Of a stretch of 64,000 nt of DNA, positions 29,646-39,997 are shown piece by piece. The first letter of the stretch is position 1; every line of letters starts with the position of its first letter. The notes under the pieces are model-generated. The model ran no database searches. It was not told the origin of the DNA and worked only from the letters and a program-made list of their open reading frames with translations. The DNA is taken from positions 32,001-96,000 of the IMG/VR virus record IMGVR_UViG_3300033149_003715, one strand, 5' to 3'. The stretch comes from a virus. The position numbers were made by a program, and so were the translations under genes.

Positions 29646-31519
29646 TAATCTGATATATCACCTGTACGTAAAATTTGTTGAATACTTTGAATTTTATCTA
29701 GTAATTGTAAACCAAGTATATCTAACTTTACAACACCAACTTTTTCTAAATCAGCCATCTCAAACCCCAATATTTGTGTTTTGCTTTTTGGATCATATAC
29801 TAATGGTGCTATAACATTAAGTGGCACGCTTGCTATACCAATGCCGGCTGCATGTTTACTTTGATGTGTTTGTGTTCCTTCTAACCGTATAGCTTGAGCA
29901 AAATATTTTGATAATGGTCCAGTTAACTCATTATTTTCTATTCTACACCATTCCGAAAGATGTCCTTTTTCATCATTTAATAATGTATATTTAATTGATG
30001 ATGCTTCCCCTTCTTCTTTTCTCATTTCTTCTAATTCACCCATAATTTTGTGTTCTTGTGGAAACTTTTTTGTAAGTAGGTTCATTTCATCAAACGAAAC
30101 GACATTATGTGCTCTTAACACAGCTTTAATTGCTGATCGACCATGTAATTTTGCAATTGTTACCATTTGAGCAACACGATCTTGTCCATATGTATTACGA
30201 ATATATCTAATAACACGATCTCTACCATTTGTTTGTAAATCTATGTCTATGTCTGGAAGACTGGATTTATTTTCGTTAAAACGTCCTGGGTTTAAAAATC
30301 TTTCAAAATATAATTTCCATTTAATAGGATCAACATTTGTGATATTAATAAGATTACTTACCAATGAGCCGGCCGCACTTCCACGAGCACCACCAACTAG
30401 AAAATTTTGCTTGCGAGCATATGTGACTATATCTTGTACCATCAAAAAATATCCACACAGATTAAATTTCTCTATTACTTCTAGTTCATAGTTTAATCTA
30501 TCACGATATTTTTGTTGTTCTGATTGTGGAATTTTGTTTTCTATTTTTGTATTCCAACCCTGTTCACATAAATGTCTTAAATGTTGAGAGGTTGTAATAT
30601 TATTTGGACACCTGAAATCCGGCAACAGCGGCTGTTTTAATATATTTGTATATTGCCCACACTGACTATGTATGTCTAATGTATTTTCTAATTCTTCCTC
30701 TGTATTTCCGCATAACAACATTTCTTTGTAAGATGGTATATGAAATTGTGAGCTTTTGAAAAACGCACTAAATCCACCCTTATTTTTTACTTCTTTTATT
30801 GTGGATTGAAAGTTATTTGCTAATAAGACCAATTGATCTACTTGTTGAGCTTGTGTACAATAATGACTATCTGGAGTAGCTACAGTTTTTGTTTTTGTTA
30901 ATTTAGCTATTTCTCTTAAACATTCTGCTAATACTTTTGTTTCTGGTGTATTTTGACTATCTATTAATTGAATTTCAACATAAAAATTATTATGTAAGAT
31001 TTCTTTACAATATTCTACTAGTTTAATGCCATTTTTTTTCCAATTTGGTTTAACTTTGTTGTTTTCGTCTAAAATAACTGCTGACAATGTACTACCAAGA
31101 TGACCAGATATTCCTATCAGATGCTGAAAATTTTGTTTTGCTATTTCTTTGAGACTGAGGCGTGGTTTATAATAATATGTTTCTGGCCTATTGGATAAAT
31201 CAACAAATTTTAATAATTCTTGAAATCCCTTATCACCTTGAGCAAAGAAAAGAAAATGAGTAAGCTTACGATTATCACTATTTTGTATATGAGAATGTTG
31301 ATTACATATATATGCTTCTATTCCTAGAACAGGTTTTAAATTTTGCTCTATAAATTCATTATAAAATGATATTGCATTTAATATATTACCGTGATCTGAT
31401 AGTCCACATCCATCTAATTCTAGATTGATAATACGCTTACATATTTCTTTTGGTGACGAAATAGCATCAGATAAAGATCCCATACTATGAACATGAAGTG
31501 GTATATATTTATTTAACAT
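29645..31519 (-). CDS. dnaE: DNA polymerase III alpha, N-terminal half (PHP, palm, thumb)
   Basis: LHVHS, SDHG, GIEAY, DSHY, RGSAAGS, PDIDID, KHAAG and KLDILGL. Confidence 0.93.
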   Translation of the reverse strand: MLNKYIPLHVHSMGSLSDAISSPKEICKRIINLELDGCGLSDHGNILNAISFYNEFIEQNLKPVLGIEAYICNQHSHIQNSDNRKLTHFLFFAQGDKGFQELLKFVDLSNRPETYYYKPRLSLKEIAKQNFQHLIGISGHLGSTLSAVILDENNKVKPNWKKNGIKLVEYCKEILHNNFYVEIQLIDSQNTPETKVLAECLREIAKLTKTKTVATPDSHYCTQAQQVDQLVLLANNFQSTIKEVKNKGGFSAFFKSSQFHIPSYKEMLLCGNTEEELENTLDIHSQCGQYTNILKQPLLPDFRCPNNITTSQHLRHLCEQGWNTKIENKIPQSEQQKYRDRLNYELEVIEKFNLCGYFLMVQDIVTYARKQNFLVGGARGSAAGSLVSNLINITNVDPIKWKLYFERFLNPGRFNENKSSLPDIDIDLQTNGRDRVIRYIRNTYGQDRVAQMVTIAKLHGRSAIKAVLRAHNVVSFDEMNLLTKKFPQEHKIMGELEEMRKEEGEASSIKYTLLNDEKGHLSEWCRIENNELTGPLSKYFAQAIRLEGTQTHQSKHAAGIGIASVPLNVIAPLVYDPKSKTQILGFEMADLEKVGVVKLDILGLQLLDKIQSIQQILRTGDISD

Positions 31520-31526
31520 AATTTTA

Positions 31527-32078
31527 TTAGTATAATGTTAACTTTTCTATTTTAACCCACTTTTTAAAATCCTCATGTGGAACTGTAATACAAACCTTAT
31601 AACCAAATGATCTATTTTTATAGTGTGGGTAAGTTAGAATCATTTTCTCTATTTTTGAAGGTTTAATAATACCAAACCTTGTGTTTATTTTGTCAAGCAA
31701 TGAAAAATCTTCGTAAATTTTACCAGTATTCCAAAAAACTAAAATATGTGTATTAGTTTTACTATATTCTTCAAGGTGAGAAACCTTATATGTCCATTTG
31801 TTGGTGGGTGAGTTTTTTATTTCTAATAACATAACTGTTTCGCATGGCCACCAAATTTTGTAATCAGCTTTGCAGTTGGTTCTTTTTTCTACTATTTCAC
31901 CGCTATTATTTATGCCGTAACTACGATATTTGATTTTAATACCACGATGTTTCATTTCTGTTTTAAACAATTTTATTAAATATACTTCTTTTGTTGTATG
32001 TAGTTTAATAGCACGAGCAAATTCCTCCTTAGTACGTATATCTTTGCGAAAATTTATGCTTTTGTTTGTATTATTCAT
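31527..32078 (-). CDS. Putative PD-(D/E)xK nuclease
   Basis: KADY...LLEIKN motif; basic protein. Confidence 0.5.
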   Translation of the reverse strand: MNNTNKSINFRKDIRTKEEFARAIKLHTTKEVYLIKLFKTEMKHRGIKIKYRSYGINNSGEIVEKRTNCKADYKIWWPCETVMLLEIKNSPTNKWTYKVSHLEEYSKTNTHILVFWNTGKIYEDFSLLDKINTRFGIIKPSKIEKMILTYPHYKNRSFGYKVCITVPHEDFKKWVKIEKLTLY

Positions 32079-32179
32079 GTTTTATTTTGTGGCTGAACAA
32101 ACACCCGTTCTTGTTGCTAGATTGTATATTATTTTAGGCATTTTCAATCCACGCATTGTTGGCCATTCTAAATTTTTAT

Positions 32180-33196
32180 TTACTTATATATTTCCCGGTT
32201 AGGATTACTCAAGTTATCATTTACATATTTCATTCCATGTTTATTAAGCAAGAAAAAAATATGTTCACATGCTGTCATATCTTGACCGTAATTATAGTAA
32301 TTATCACGAAATTCTTGTTTTGCTGGCAGTAATCCGTTACTTATTTCGTAAAGTGATTTTTTTCCGGCATGACATAATTTACGACATTTCCATGATTTTT
32401 TTTGTTGAGGGCATTGACAGTTTTTAATTTCTTCAAACTGTTTTTGTATCAAATGTTTAGTATGTTGTAAATCTTTTTCAGAAAATGGTACTGAAAACAA
32501 GCCACCATGATCTGGATAGAATAATGAACATATAACATTCGTTTGTTTGTAAATTAAACTACATGCTAAATGATATATTTTAAGTTGTAAATCTACTTGT
32601 ATATCTGCATAGGTTTTTTCTTGGCCAGTAATCCAATTTCTTCTTTGACCAGTTTTAAGATCGAAAACATTTAAAATATTGTCTTCATATAGTACCAAAT
32701 CAATTATTCCCTTAAGTTTTAATTGTCCAGTAATGATTTTATTTTTGTATGTGTATTGGTATTTTGACCACGGTTCTTGAAATTCTATATCAAATCGTTT
32801 TTCTGCATCAATTATTTTCCTATTACGCGGATCTAAATAACCATTTTCATATTCTATTACTTTATATACCCATCGCTTGATATCTTGAAAATCTGTTTGT
32901 GTCCAATTGTGATTGGTATTATTATCATAATATTGATAAACTTGTTCTATAATCTTATCCAAATCGTATGAATCGCACAAAATATCGCCTACAATATCGT
33001 CTTGAATTTTTGAAACACAATTTTGCTGTGCTTTTTTAATTTTAGCTAATATTTCTATAATTTTATGTGCCGTCGTACCTTTATCTGCTTTAGAATTTGA
33101 TGGTCCAGTCCATTTTAATACGTATTCTATGTAGTATAGTAAAGGACACCATTTCCAGCGATTATACGATGAGCTACTGATATGTGTAATAATCAT
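32180..33196 (-). CDS. RecB/Cas4-like PD-(D/E)xK exonuclease
   Basis: SSSSY...CP, GTTAH, GIIDL, DLKTG, QLKIY and C-terminal CRKLC. Confidence 0.85.
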   Translation of the reverse strand: MIITHISSSSYNRWKWCPLLYYIEYVLKWTGPSNSKADKGTTAHKIIEILAKIKKAQQNCVSKIQDDIVGDILCDSYDLDKIIEQVYQYYDNNTNHNWTQTDFQDIKRWVYKVIEYENGYLDPRNRKIIDAEKRFDIEFQEPWSKYQYTYKNKIITGQLKLKGIIDLVLYEDNILNVFDLKTGQRRNWITGQEKTYADIQVDLQLKIYHLACSLIYKQTNVICSLFYPDHGGLFSVPFSEKDLQHTKHLIQKQFEEIKNCQCPQQKKSWKCRKLCHAGKKSLYEISNGLLPAKQEFRDNYYNYGQDMTACEHIFFLLNKHGMKYVNDNLSNPNREIYK

Positions 33197-33200
33197 GTAA

Positions 33201-33566
33201 TTAAAATTGTTTTCCGTGTTTGTATGGTCTTTTTTGGTTATAAGTTATTTTATCTACAATAGCTTCAGCAATATTAAGTTGTCTTGCATGGGAAAAATCC
33301 ATTACACGAATAATCAAATCTGCCAATTCTACTTCTAATGATTTATACTTTGGTAATTTATCATCTTTTGGGTTACCATTTCGCAATGCTTCTAATGCTT
33401 CAGAAAGTTCGGAGTGCATTAAAGCAATCATTTCTCCATCATTTCTATCTTTTTTCCAAAATCCCTTTTCTTTTGCAACTTTGTGTGCATGATATTCCAT
33501 AGCATGAAAACCAGTAAGAAAAACATTAATATCAGCGTTACATAAACATGACTTAGATATATTCAT
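33201..33566 (-). CDS. MazG-like nucleotide pyrophosphohydrolase
   Basis: LMHSELSEALEA...ELADLIIRVMD...KITYNQKRPYKHGK. Confidence 0.85.
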   Translation of the reverse strand: MNISKSCLCNADINVFLTGFHAMEYHAHKVAKEKGFWKKDRNDGEMIALMHSELSEALEALRNGNPKDDKLPKYKSLEVELADLIIRVMDFSHARQLNIAEAIVDKITYNQKRPYKHGKQF

Positions 33567-33578
33567 TATTAATGACTC

Positions 33579-34358
33579 CTAATCAAGTTGAATTTCTGGT
33601 ATAAAATCCCACTTTCTTAATAAAGGATAAAGATATATATTATTTTGCTCATATAAATCCATGTTTTTATTATCTATAACAGCATCAAATTTTTCCCAAT
33701 CATATCTATCTGGATCTAATAATATTTCACTAGTGTGTTGATCTTGATTTTCCAATGGATTTCTTGTGAATCGTATTACTTTACCATTAGCCTTTTGTAC
33801 AACTTCAACTTCATTTGGAAAGCGACAATCATCAATAATTGCTAACATTGGTGCGTCTTGATGTATACGGCGAATCGTAGCATTAGTCCAAATGTTATCA
33901 TCTATTTTGCGAAATATTTCTGTACCTATATATTGCATTACTTGTCTGGCTGTCATATATTCGCCATTTTGTTGACCATCATATCCTGGCATATTGTTCC
34001 ATTTTAAGTGCGTCAATGTATTTTTTTCTTCGTCAGAACCATAGCATTGTGAGTGCGTTAAACCTAATATAGTCATACAAACATCTCTCTTCAATAAATC
34101 AGCAAAACTATAAATTTTCACGTATGGATCAACATACTGTGTTAAAATTTCTTTCATAGCTGGCGTGTTTCTTTTAACGTCAAAAATACCTGCTCGTTTT
34201 ATGTCTCCGTTCCAATCTGAAATATGTAATTGTCCTGTATTCATTAGTGTAATTGTATCAACATAACCAAGTTTAGTTAAATATGCACCTAAAATATAAT
34301 TACATGCAGATGTTTTACCTGATTGTTTTTTTCCACTAAAAGCTAAAATGTTTGTCAT
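33579..34358 (-). CDS. Deoxynucleoside monophosphate kinase
   Basis: SGKKQSGKT, SFADLLK, RQVMQYIGTE, DCRFPNE and HTSE. Confidence 0.88.
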   Translation of the reverse strand: MTNILAFSGKKQSGKTSACNYILGAYLTKLGYVDTITLMNTGQLHISDWNGDIKRAGIFDVKRNTPAMKEILTQYVDPYVKIYSFADLLKRDVCMTILGLTHSQCYGSDEEKNTLTHLKWNNMPGYDGQQNGEYMTARQVMQYIGTEIFRKIDDNIWTNATIRRIHQDAPMLAIIDDCRFPNEVEVVQKANGKVIRFTRNPLENQDQHTSEILLDPDRYDWEKFDAVIDNKNMDLYEQNNIYLYPLLRKWDFIPEIQLD

Positions 34359-35503
34359 GTATACGATTCCTTAATTTGTGGTTTAATGATATTATTTATT
34401 TGTTCTACTGTCATATCTCCAACATCATTATATTGGTTAGGTAATTTAATAGAATGAATATAATATTTATTATTTAATTGTTGTATAATTGATTGAGCAC
34501 CCTGATATCCAGCATTATCATTATCAAGTAGAAGATAAATTGTTAATGCTCCTGAAGTATTTAGTAAATATTCTTGGCCACTGCTTAAATGATTACCAAA
34601 TAATCCCACACTATTATATATACCACTTTCTTGTAATCTCCAAACATTACCTGGTGATTCTACCAAAATGGCAATTCTTTTTTGTGCAATGTATTTACGA
34701 GCAAACCAATAATTGTATAAATGATTTGCTCCCTTAAAATTGTGACTATGTTTCCATTTAGACCATTGACCTTTTTCTTTTTTTGTTGGACATGGTAATG
34801 TTTTAGGATGCCACATTTTACATAAAGAACACCTAGGATATAATGTTCGTCCTGTACAACCAACCAAATAACGATATTGATTGTCGTATATAGGCACTAC
34901 TACTCTATTATACATTGGTTTTTTATGATTGACACATAATCCAACATCATATTTATCTAATACAGATGACGAATAACCACGCTTTAAATAGTATTCTGAA
35001 GGAATTTTCAATAGTTGACGAACTTTGTTCCTAGTAATATTTGTATATTTATTTTCAGTGGGTATATTATTAACATATTGAATAAATTCTTCTGAATGAC
35101 TGATTGTGTGATTATATGTGTTTGATTTGACTTCCAATTGATTCGGATTAATTTTGAGAAATGAATATATAAATTGTAATGTATCATTAAATGATATTAT
35201 TTTGTCACCAAATCCTGACCAATTGTATCGTTGTTTAGATAACAAACCTCTAACAAAACCAATAATAGTATTAACAAATTGTTGTTCGCAATGTTGTGTG
35301 TAACAAATCCAATGACCTTTACGATTATCTCCGTTATAATAAATGTTTAAAGCACTTTCATTATCTCCACCATGTATAGGGCAACAACCCACATACATTT
35401 TTCTAGTACGACGTAATGATAACTTAAAAAACTCAAGCAATTTATCCAATTTGTCTGTAAGCTGATTAGATATTTCATTTAATTGTATTTGTGATAACTT
35501 CAT
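34355..35503 (-). CDS. dnaG: DNA primase (CHC2 Zn finger plus TOPRIM)
   Basis: CPIH...CYTQHC, NRVVVPI, GR, LVES and LDNDNAG. Confidence 0.9.
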   Translation of the reverse strand: MKLSQIQLNEISNQLTDKLDKLLEFFKLSLRRTRKMYVGCCPIHGGDNESALNIYYNGDNRKGHWICYTQHCEQQFVNTIIGFVRGLLSKQRYNWSGFGDKIISFNDTLQFIYSFLKINPNQLEVKSNTYNHTISHSEEFIQYVNNIPTENKYTNITRNKVRQLLKIPSEYYLKRGYSSSVLDKYDVGLCVNHKKPMYNRVVVPIYDNQYRYLVGCTGRTLYPRCSLCKMWHPKTLPCPTKKEKGQWSKWKHSHNFKGANHLYNYWFARKYIAQKRIAILVESPGNVWRLQESGIYNSVGLFGNHLSSGQEYLLNTSGALTIYLLLDNDNAGYQGAQSIIQQLNNKYYIHSIKLPNQYNDVGDMTVEQINNIIKPQIKESYT

Positions 35504-35760
35504 TCATTATATAATTCTTGAATTAGTTTGACCAATATATCTCCATGACATTTATAAGGACGACACCAACAACCTAAAGTTTTACCTTTTAATTCTTTCA
35601 GTTTGGCTAATAAATGTGGTTGACTACGAATCCAATTTTCATATTTTTGTATCACTTCTTCTCGTGTACCATCTTTTCCAATTACAAATGGATTACCCCA
35701 TGGTCCAGGTCTACCTATATAGACATCATAGGGTTCCTTTTTACAATGTACAACTTTCAT
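35500..35760 (-). CDS. DUF4326 family protein
   Basis: DVYIGRPGPWGNPF...LKGKTLGCWCRPYKCHGDIL. Confidence 0.88.
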   Translation of the reverse strand: MKVVHCKKEPYDVYIGRPGPWGNPFVIGKDGTREEVIQKYENWIRSQPHLLAKLKELKGKTLGCWCRPYKCHGDILVKLIQELYNE

Positions 35761-35765
35761 AACGT

Positions 35766-37202
35766 TTATTCCTCATATTTATCCAAAAAACCATTTTTGT
35801 CAATTTTTTGTTTGTGTTCAATTTCGTAATTAGTTTCTCCTTCTTTGATTTGAGCACACCAACCTTTCATAATACAATTAATATATTCTCCAGCACGTAA
35901 ACCAGCACCGTGTCTGCTTACAATTGGTACTAGTTTACGATTACCATGTTGCGGACCATCTTTTGCTATTTCAGTATCTGATTTTTCTTTTAAAATTGTA
36001 AAATTTGAACATAACCAAATGATGCGATCAGAACCACTGGCAGTATCAGTACTTTCTTTGGTAATTCCATCTCTATTTAATTGAATAAAAGCTAAAATTG
36101 GTATTTTGTATCTTGTAGCAAAATTATGCAATGTTGTCATTAAAAATCCTAAAGCTTGAAACTCTTTAAGATCTTTATTTATATATGAAGTATCCATAAG
36201 TTTGAGATAATCGTATATAATTACACATGGTTTTGCTGTGCCATCTGTATGTAATCCAACTTCTCTAATTAACCATCTTCTCATAATAGCCAACTGATCT
36301 TCTATTGGTTTACCAGCAATACTTTTATGATATAGAGGCATTTTTTCTAATTTTTGTTTTATTTGGAATATTGAATCTTTTTTTGCTAAATCTTTACCAA
36401 ATTGACCAGTTTCAATGTCATTGATTGGTATTTCCGTCATCAATGCTAACGTTCTATGAATATGGTCCTCTTTAGTCATTTCAGTATCCATATTTAACAC
36501 TGGAATTTTTAAAGTACCAGCAATATGATAACCAATATTATCTGATAAAATAGTTTTACCTACCTTACTACGAGCACCAATTACATTTATTGTTGCTGGT
36601 CTTAATCCACCACCTATTGCTTGATCAAATGTGGGAAATCCAGTAGAAATGCCCACTTGTTCTTGAGGATCATTCATTAGGTACGTTAGATAATTATGTA
36701 TATCTTTACCTAATGTAGATGGAATGTCCTCCACATTGTTTAACCAAGACGTAAAATTAAAAATAGACTCTTCAGCAAGACCTAAAATATGTGTGATAGT
36801 TTCATCGCCAGTTAAGTGTGTAAGTTTATCTTTAGTAATTTCTAATTGTGTATGTAGTGATTTTGCAATTTCTAATTTACGTAATTTAGCTGCAAATTTA
36901 CGCACATTATCCAAACTAATCGGAAATTGAAATAATGATTGTATATATTTAGCATGTTTAGATAATTGATAACTAAATCCTAAATGATGTGCTGATGACT
37001 GAATTACCGCTGGATCTATAATTATACTCTCATCTTGCTCAATAGCTCTTTTAATGCATCGAAAAAGTATAATATGAATTTCATCATTAAAACTTGTTTC
37101 TTGAATTAAATCAATTATATCATAATATACAGTACTATTGTATTGACACAATCCGGCAAGTATGGCACGTTCAGAAGGTATATCTGCAAATAGCAGAGAC
37201 AT
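35766..37202 (-). CDS. dnaB: Replicative DnaB-like helicase
   Basis: SERAIL, GISTGF, GARSKVGKT, DTEM, YDYLKLM, QLNR and SRHG. Confidence 0.93.
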   Translation of the reverse strand: MSLLFADIPSERAILAGLCQYNSTVYYDIIDLIQETSFNDEIHIILFRCIKRAIEQDESIIIDPAVIQSSAHHLGFSYQLSKHAKYIQSLFQFPISLDNVRKFAAKLRKLEIAKSLHTQLEITKDKLTHLTGDETITHILGLAEESIFNFTSWLNNVEDIPSTLGKDIHNYLTYLMNDPQEQVGISTGFPTFDQAIGGGLRPATINVIGARSKVGKTILSDNIGYHIAGTLKIPVLNMDTEMTKEDHIHRTLALMTEIPINDIETGQFGKDLAKKDSIFQIKQKLEKMPLYHKSIAGKPIEDQLAIMRRWLIREVGLHTDGTAKPCVIIYDYLKLMDTSYINKDLKEFQALGFLMTTLHNFATRYKIPILAFIQLNRDGITKESTDTASGSDRIIWLCSNFTILKEKSDTEIAKDGPQHGNRKLVPIVSRHGAGLRAGEYINCIMKGWCAQIKEGETNYEIEHKQKIDKNGFLDKYEE

Positions 37203-37205
37203 ATT

Positions 37206-37697
37206 TTATCCTCCTATGCAATTATCGCATGTGTATAACCATTCTCTTGTATCTGGATCTCTCATAATCATTGATCTATTAACAGTATACTCTTGGCCAC
37301 ATACTCTGCATATCACATTAACTAAATTTGAAGAACGTATCCTAGGAGTTATGTCTAATCCAGCAGATAATTTCCTATCTATAATAGAATCCTTTTTGTA
37401 CATATTATATTCAATCATTTCTAAAAATTTGTTAGGTCTATTACCAGAGGTATCAAAGCTTTTTATGCGTGTTGGTACTGAACGTGATTTTTTTGGCCGT
37501 GGTGTTTCTTGACCTTTTTGAATTCGTTTTACATGTTGTTTTTGTTTAGAATGTTTTTTTTGTTTTCTGTATGCCGATCTGCCCTTATGTTTTTTTGTTG
37601 ACTTAACTTTATTTGTTAAATGTTGGATAAGAATTTCTATTTCTTCTTGCGTTAAGTTGTCAACAACGTTTAGTATATCAGGTTGTTTTTGACTCAT
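37206..37697 (-). CDS. Hypothetical basic protein with C-terminal Zn ribbon
   Basis: CRVC...CDNC; adjacent to dnaB. Confidence 0.7.
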   Translation of the reverse strand: MSQKQPDILNVVDNLTQEEIEILIQHLTNKVKSTKKHKGRSAYRKQKKHSKQKQHVKRIQKGQETPRPKKSRSVPTRIKSFDTSGNRPNKFLEMIEYNMYKKDSIIDRKLSAGLDITPRIRSSNLVNVICRVCGQEYTVNRSMIMRDPDTREWLYTCDNCIGG

Positions 37698-38188
37698 TTG
37701 TTTCTACCTATAGCTAAAATAGTTTCCGCTAGATGTTTAATTGATGTAGACAGAAATTCTAACCTTCTTATTCTTTGGTCAGCATAATAATAAATTCCAT
37801 ATATCTTATTAATTTCCTGATCTTGACGTGCTAATATAGCAATTTTACTTTCAAACGGAACGTAATTAAACTGTTGATTGGATGATGTACTTAAATAATC
37901 TGCAATGTATTTATGTAAACTTTTTTTAGACCATGATAACCGAGATTGTTCTCGATTGTATAATCTTTGAATGTAAAAAGCAAATTGCGACAATCTATAT
38001 GCTATTTCCGCACATTGATCTTTTGTGAGTTTTTCCAGAACATTGCGTGGCATTGATAAATATTGCTGCAATTCATCTTCTGTTCCAGGTGCATGTAATT
38101 TTGGTAAACCATGTTGATTTTCATATTCATCTAATGCCTGTTGTACTGCATCCATGCGTTGTATATTGGAGTTTATTGTACCACTCAT
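37694..38188 (-). CDS. Hypothetical helical protein (possible UvsY-like mediator)
   Basis: Coiled-coil 164 aa two genes downstream of recA; function inferred from context only. Confidence 0.5.
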   Translation of the reverse strand: MSGTINSNIQRMDAVQQALDEYENQHGLPKLHAPGTEDELQQYLSMPRNVLEKLTKDQCAEIAYRLSQFAFYIQRLYNREQSRLSWSKKSLHKYIADYLSTSSNQQFNYVPFESKIAILARQDQEINKIYGIYYYADQRIRRLEFLSTSIKHLAETILAIGRNK

Positions 38189-38558
38189 TTATGTTTTCAT
38201 TATATTGAAAAATTATTAACTTGATATTGTTAAGTATACACCACTCTTTTTTTTCCCTATCTCTTTTTTTACTTTGTACAAATTGTAATTTCGTTTTGTG
38301 AAAATGTGGTACATATTTAAAATGTTGTTCACCATGAACTTCTATTGCAATTTTATACAATGGAATATAAAAATCAAGATACAAATTTTGTTTCAATCTG
38401 ATTGGTATTGTAACTTCATTTAATATTTGTGCCGTTGGATATGTATTGTGTAATACTTCATAAGCAGTATAATGATATTTAGACTTATAATTACCAACTT
38501 TTGTTTTACCTCGAATAATCCAATGTTGTTCTTTGCCATCTAATCCAAAAACTTTCAT
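38127..38558 (-). CDS. Vsr/DUF559-like endonuclease
   Basis: LDFYIP...IAIEVHGEQHF...RDREKKEWC; TAATG overlap with recA supports ATG 38558. Confidence 0.8.
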   Translation of the reverse strand: MKVFGLDGKEQHWIIRGKTKVGNYKSKYHYTAYEVLHNTYPTAQILNEVTIPIRLKQNLYLDFYIPLYKIAIEVHGEQHFKYVPHFHKTKLQFVQSKKRDREKKEWCILNNIKLIIFQYNENINEWYNKLQYTTHGCSTTGIR

Positions 38559-39586
38559 TACACACACATTTCTTTTACTTGTGTATATAGTTTATGATAT
38601 AAGTCTTGATTATTAAGTAAAAAATCTTTTGTTTTTTCTATACCTTGACCTAGATTTTTATTGTTATAGCTTAGCCAAGCACCACTTTTTTTAATAATAC
38701 CTAAATCTGTAGCTAATTCGATTATTTCTGCTTCTTTGTCCAACCCGTAATTATATCGTAATTTTGAAGTGCATTTACCTCCAGGTGGTCCTAATGCTGA
38801 TGTTTCGCAAATCCAATGCACATCTTGTCCAATCTGTGTATCCCTAGTTTCCCAAGGTGAAAAATGGGTGCATTTTAATTTTACATCTGCTTGATATTGT
38901 ATTTTACGTCCTGATGCTTCTGTCCATTTAGTATATCCTTGACCTTGATTGGCAATGATGTGTGTAATGCCGATGAAAATAATTTTATTAGTAGCTATTA
39001 CATTACTAATCCTCTTACAAAAGTTCGCTAAAAGTAGAGGGGTATCATCACGATAACGTCCCTCAATATTTGAATCAAAACGACCTTTTGTGCATAAGGC
39101 TGAAAAAGAATCAATAATAAATACATCACCAGGGCAAGCATTTATTAATTTTTCGGCAATATCTATATTCATTTCAGCGGTTAAGATATTGCCAAGTGTA
39201 GATTTAATAACAGTAAATCGTTCTTTAGAAATATTTAGGTGATGTATACCTTTTAAGTCTCTGCCTTTGATGCGTCCTTCAATATTGAAATAATAAATAT
39301 GTCGCCCTTCTGGCCTACCAATATCACATTTGTATTGAGGTTGTTGAGCAGTGGCCGCAAAATCCAATGCAGAAATAGTTTTTCCACATTTTGGTGGTCC
39401 GGTAGTAATTACAAAACTACCTTCCGGAATTCCACCTCCTAAAATAATATCTAACTTTGGGCTGACTGGAATTATTAAATCTTGTGTATCAATAATTGAT
39501 TGGCCGCTAACTAATATATTATCACCAAATTCTTTAATAATAGTATTTTCAATGTTAACAGGTTGTATAGATTTCTTTTTACCCAT
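38558..39586 (-). CDS. recA: RecA/UvsX recombinase
   Basis: LDIILGGGIP, GPPKCGKT, IIDSFSAL, SGRKIQY and IIKKSGAW. Confidence 0.92.
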   Translation of the reverse strand: MGKKKSIQPVNIENTIIKEFGDNILVSGQSIIDTQDLIIPVSPKLDIILGGGIPEGSFVITTGPPKCGKTISALDFAATAQQPQYKCDIGRPEGRHIYYFNIEGRIKGRDLKGIHHLNISKERFTVIKSTLGNILTAEMNIDIAEKLINACPGDVFIIDSFSALCTKGRFDSNIEGRYRDDTPLLLANFCKRISNVIATNKIIFIGITHIIANQGQGYTKWTEASGRKIQYQADVKLKCTHFSPWETRDTQIGQDVHWICETSALGPPGGKCTSKLRYNYGLDKEAEIIELATDLGIIKKSGAWLSYNNKNLGQGIEKTKDFLLNNQDLYHKLYTQVKEMCV

Positions 39587-39989
39587 CTAACTGATTTAGC
39601 TTATCTATAATATTGTTGGTTGGTTGACGTGAACGTATTTTTGAATGAACAGTTTGCCTATTAATTATGCTTGGTTTTGTATCTTGTACTAATTTTTTTT
39701 CTTCTTGTTGAATAATGTTCTCTAGATATTTAGAAAATATAGAATAACGATTTTTCATTAATGGACTATTCAATGCATTAATGATTGCTCGTACATCATA
39801 TTTTTTGAGTAAACTGTGTACCTTACGTAAATTTTTTTTGAAAAACGCTTTCCATTCTGGTAACGTCCAAAATTTAAGTGGCAACTCATAACCATCAAAT
39901 TGTGCTTTTTTTTCGCATAGTAACTCTATAATATATTGTGCCGCAGTAATCTCTTTATCTGGAGAATATCGAGATTGGTATTTCATCAA
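39579..39989 (-). CDS. Hypothetical phage protein
   Basis: 136 aa, overlaps the recA start. Confidence 0.7.
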   Translation of the reverse strand: MMKYQSRYSPDKEITAAQYIIELLCEKKAQFDGYELPLKFWTLPEWKAFFKKNLRKVHSLLKKYDVRAIINALNSPLMKNRYSIFSKYLENIIQQEEKKLVQDTKPSIINRQTVHSKIRSRQPTNNIIDKLNQLDG

Positions 39990-39997
39990 TTGATACC

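Noticed and set aside
32180-33196. Cas4 as part of a CRISPR system
   Set aside because: No cas1/cas2 or array; the context is replication and recombination.
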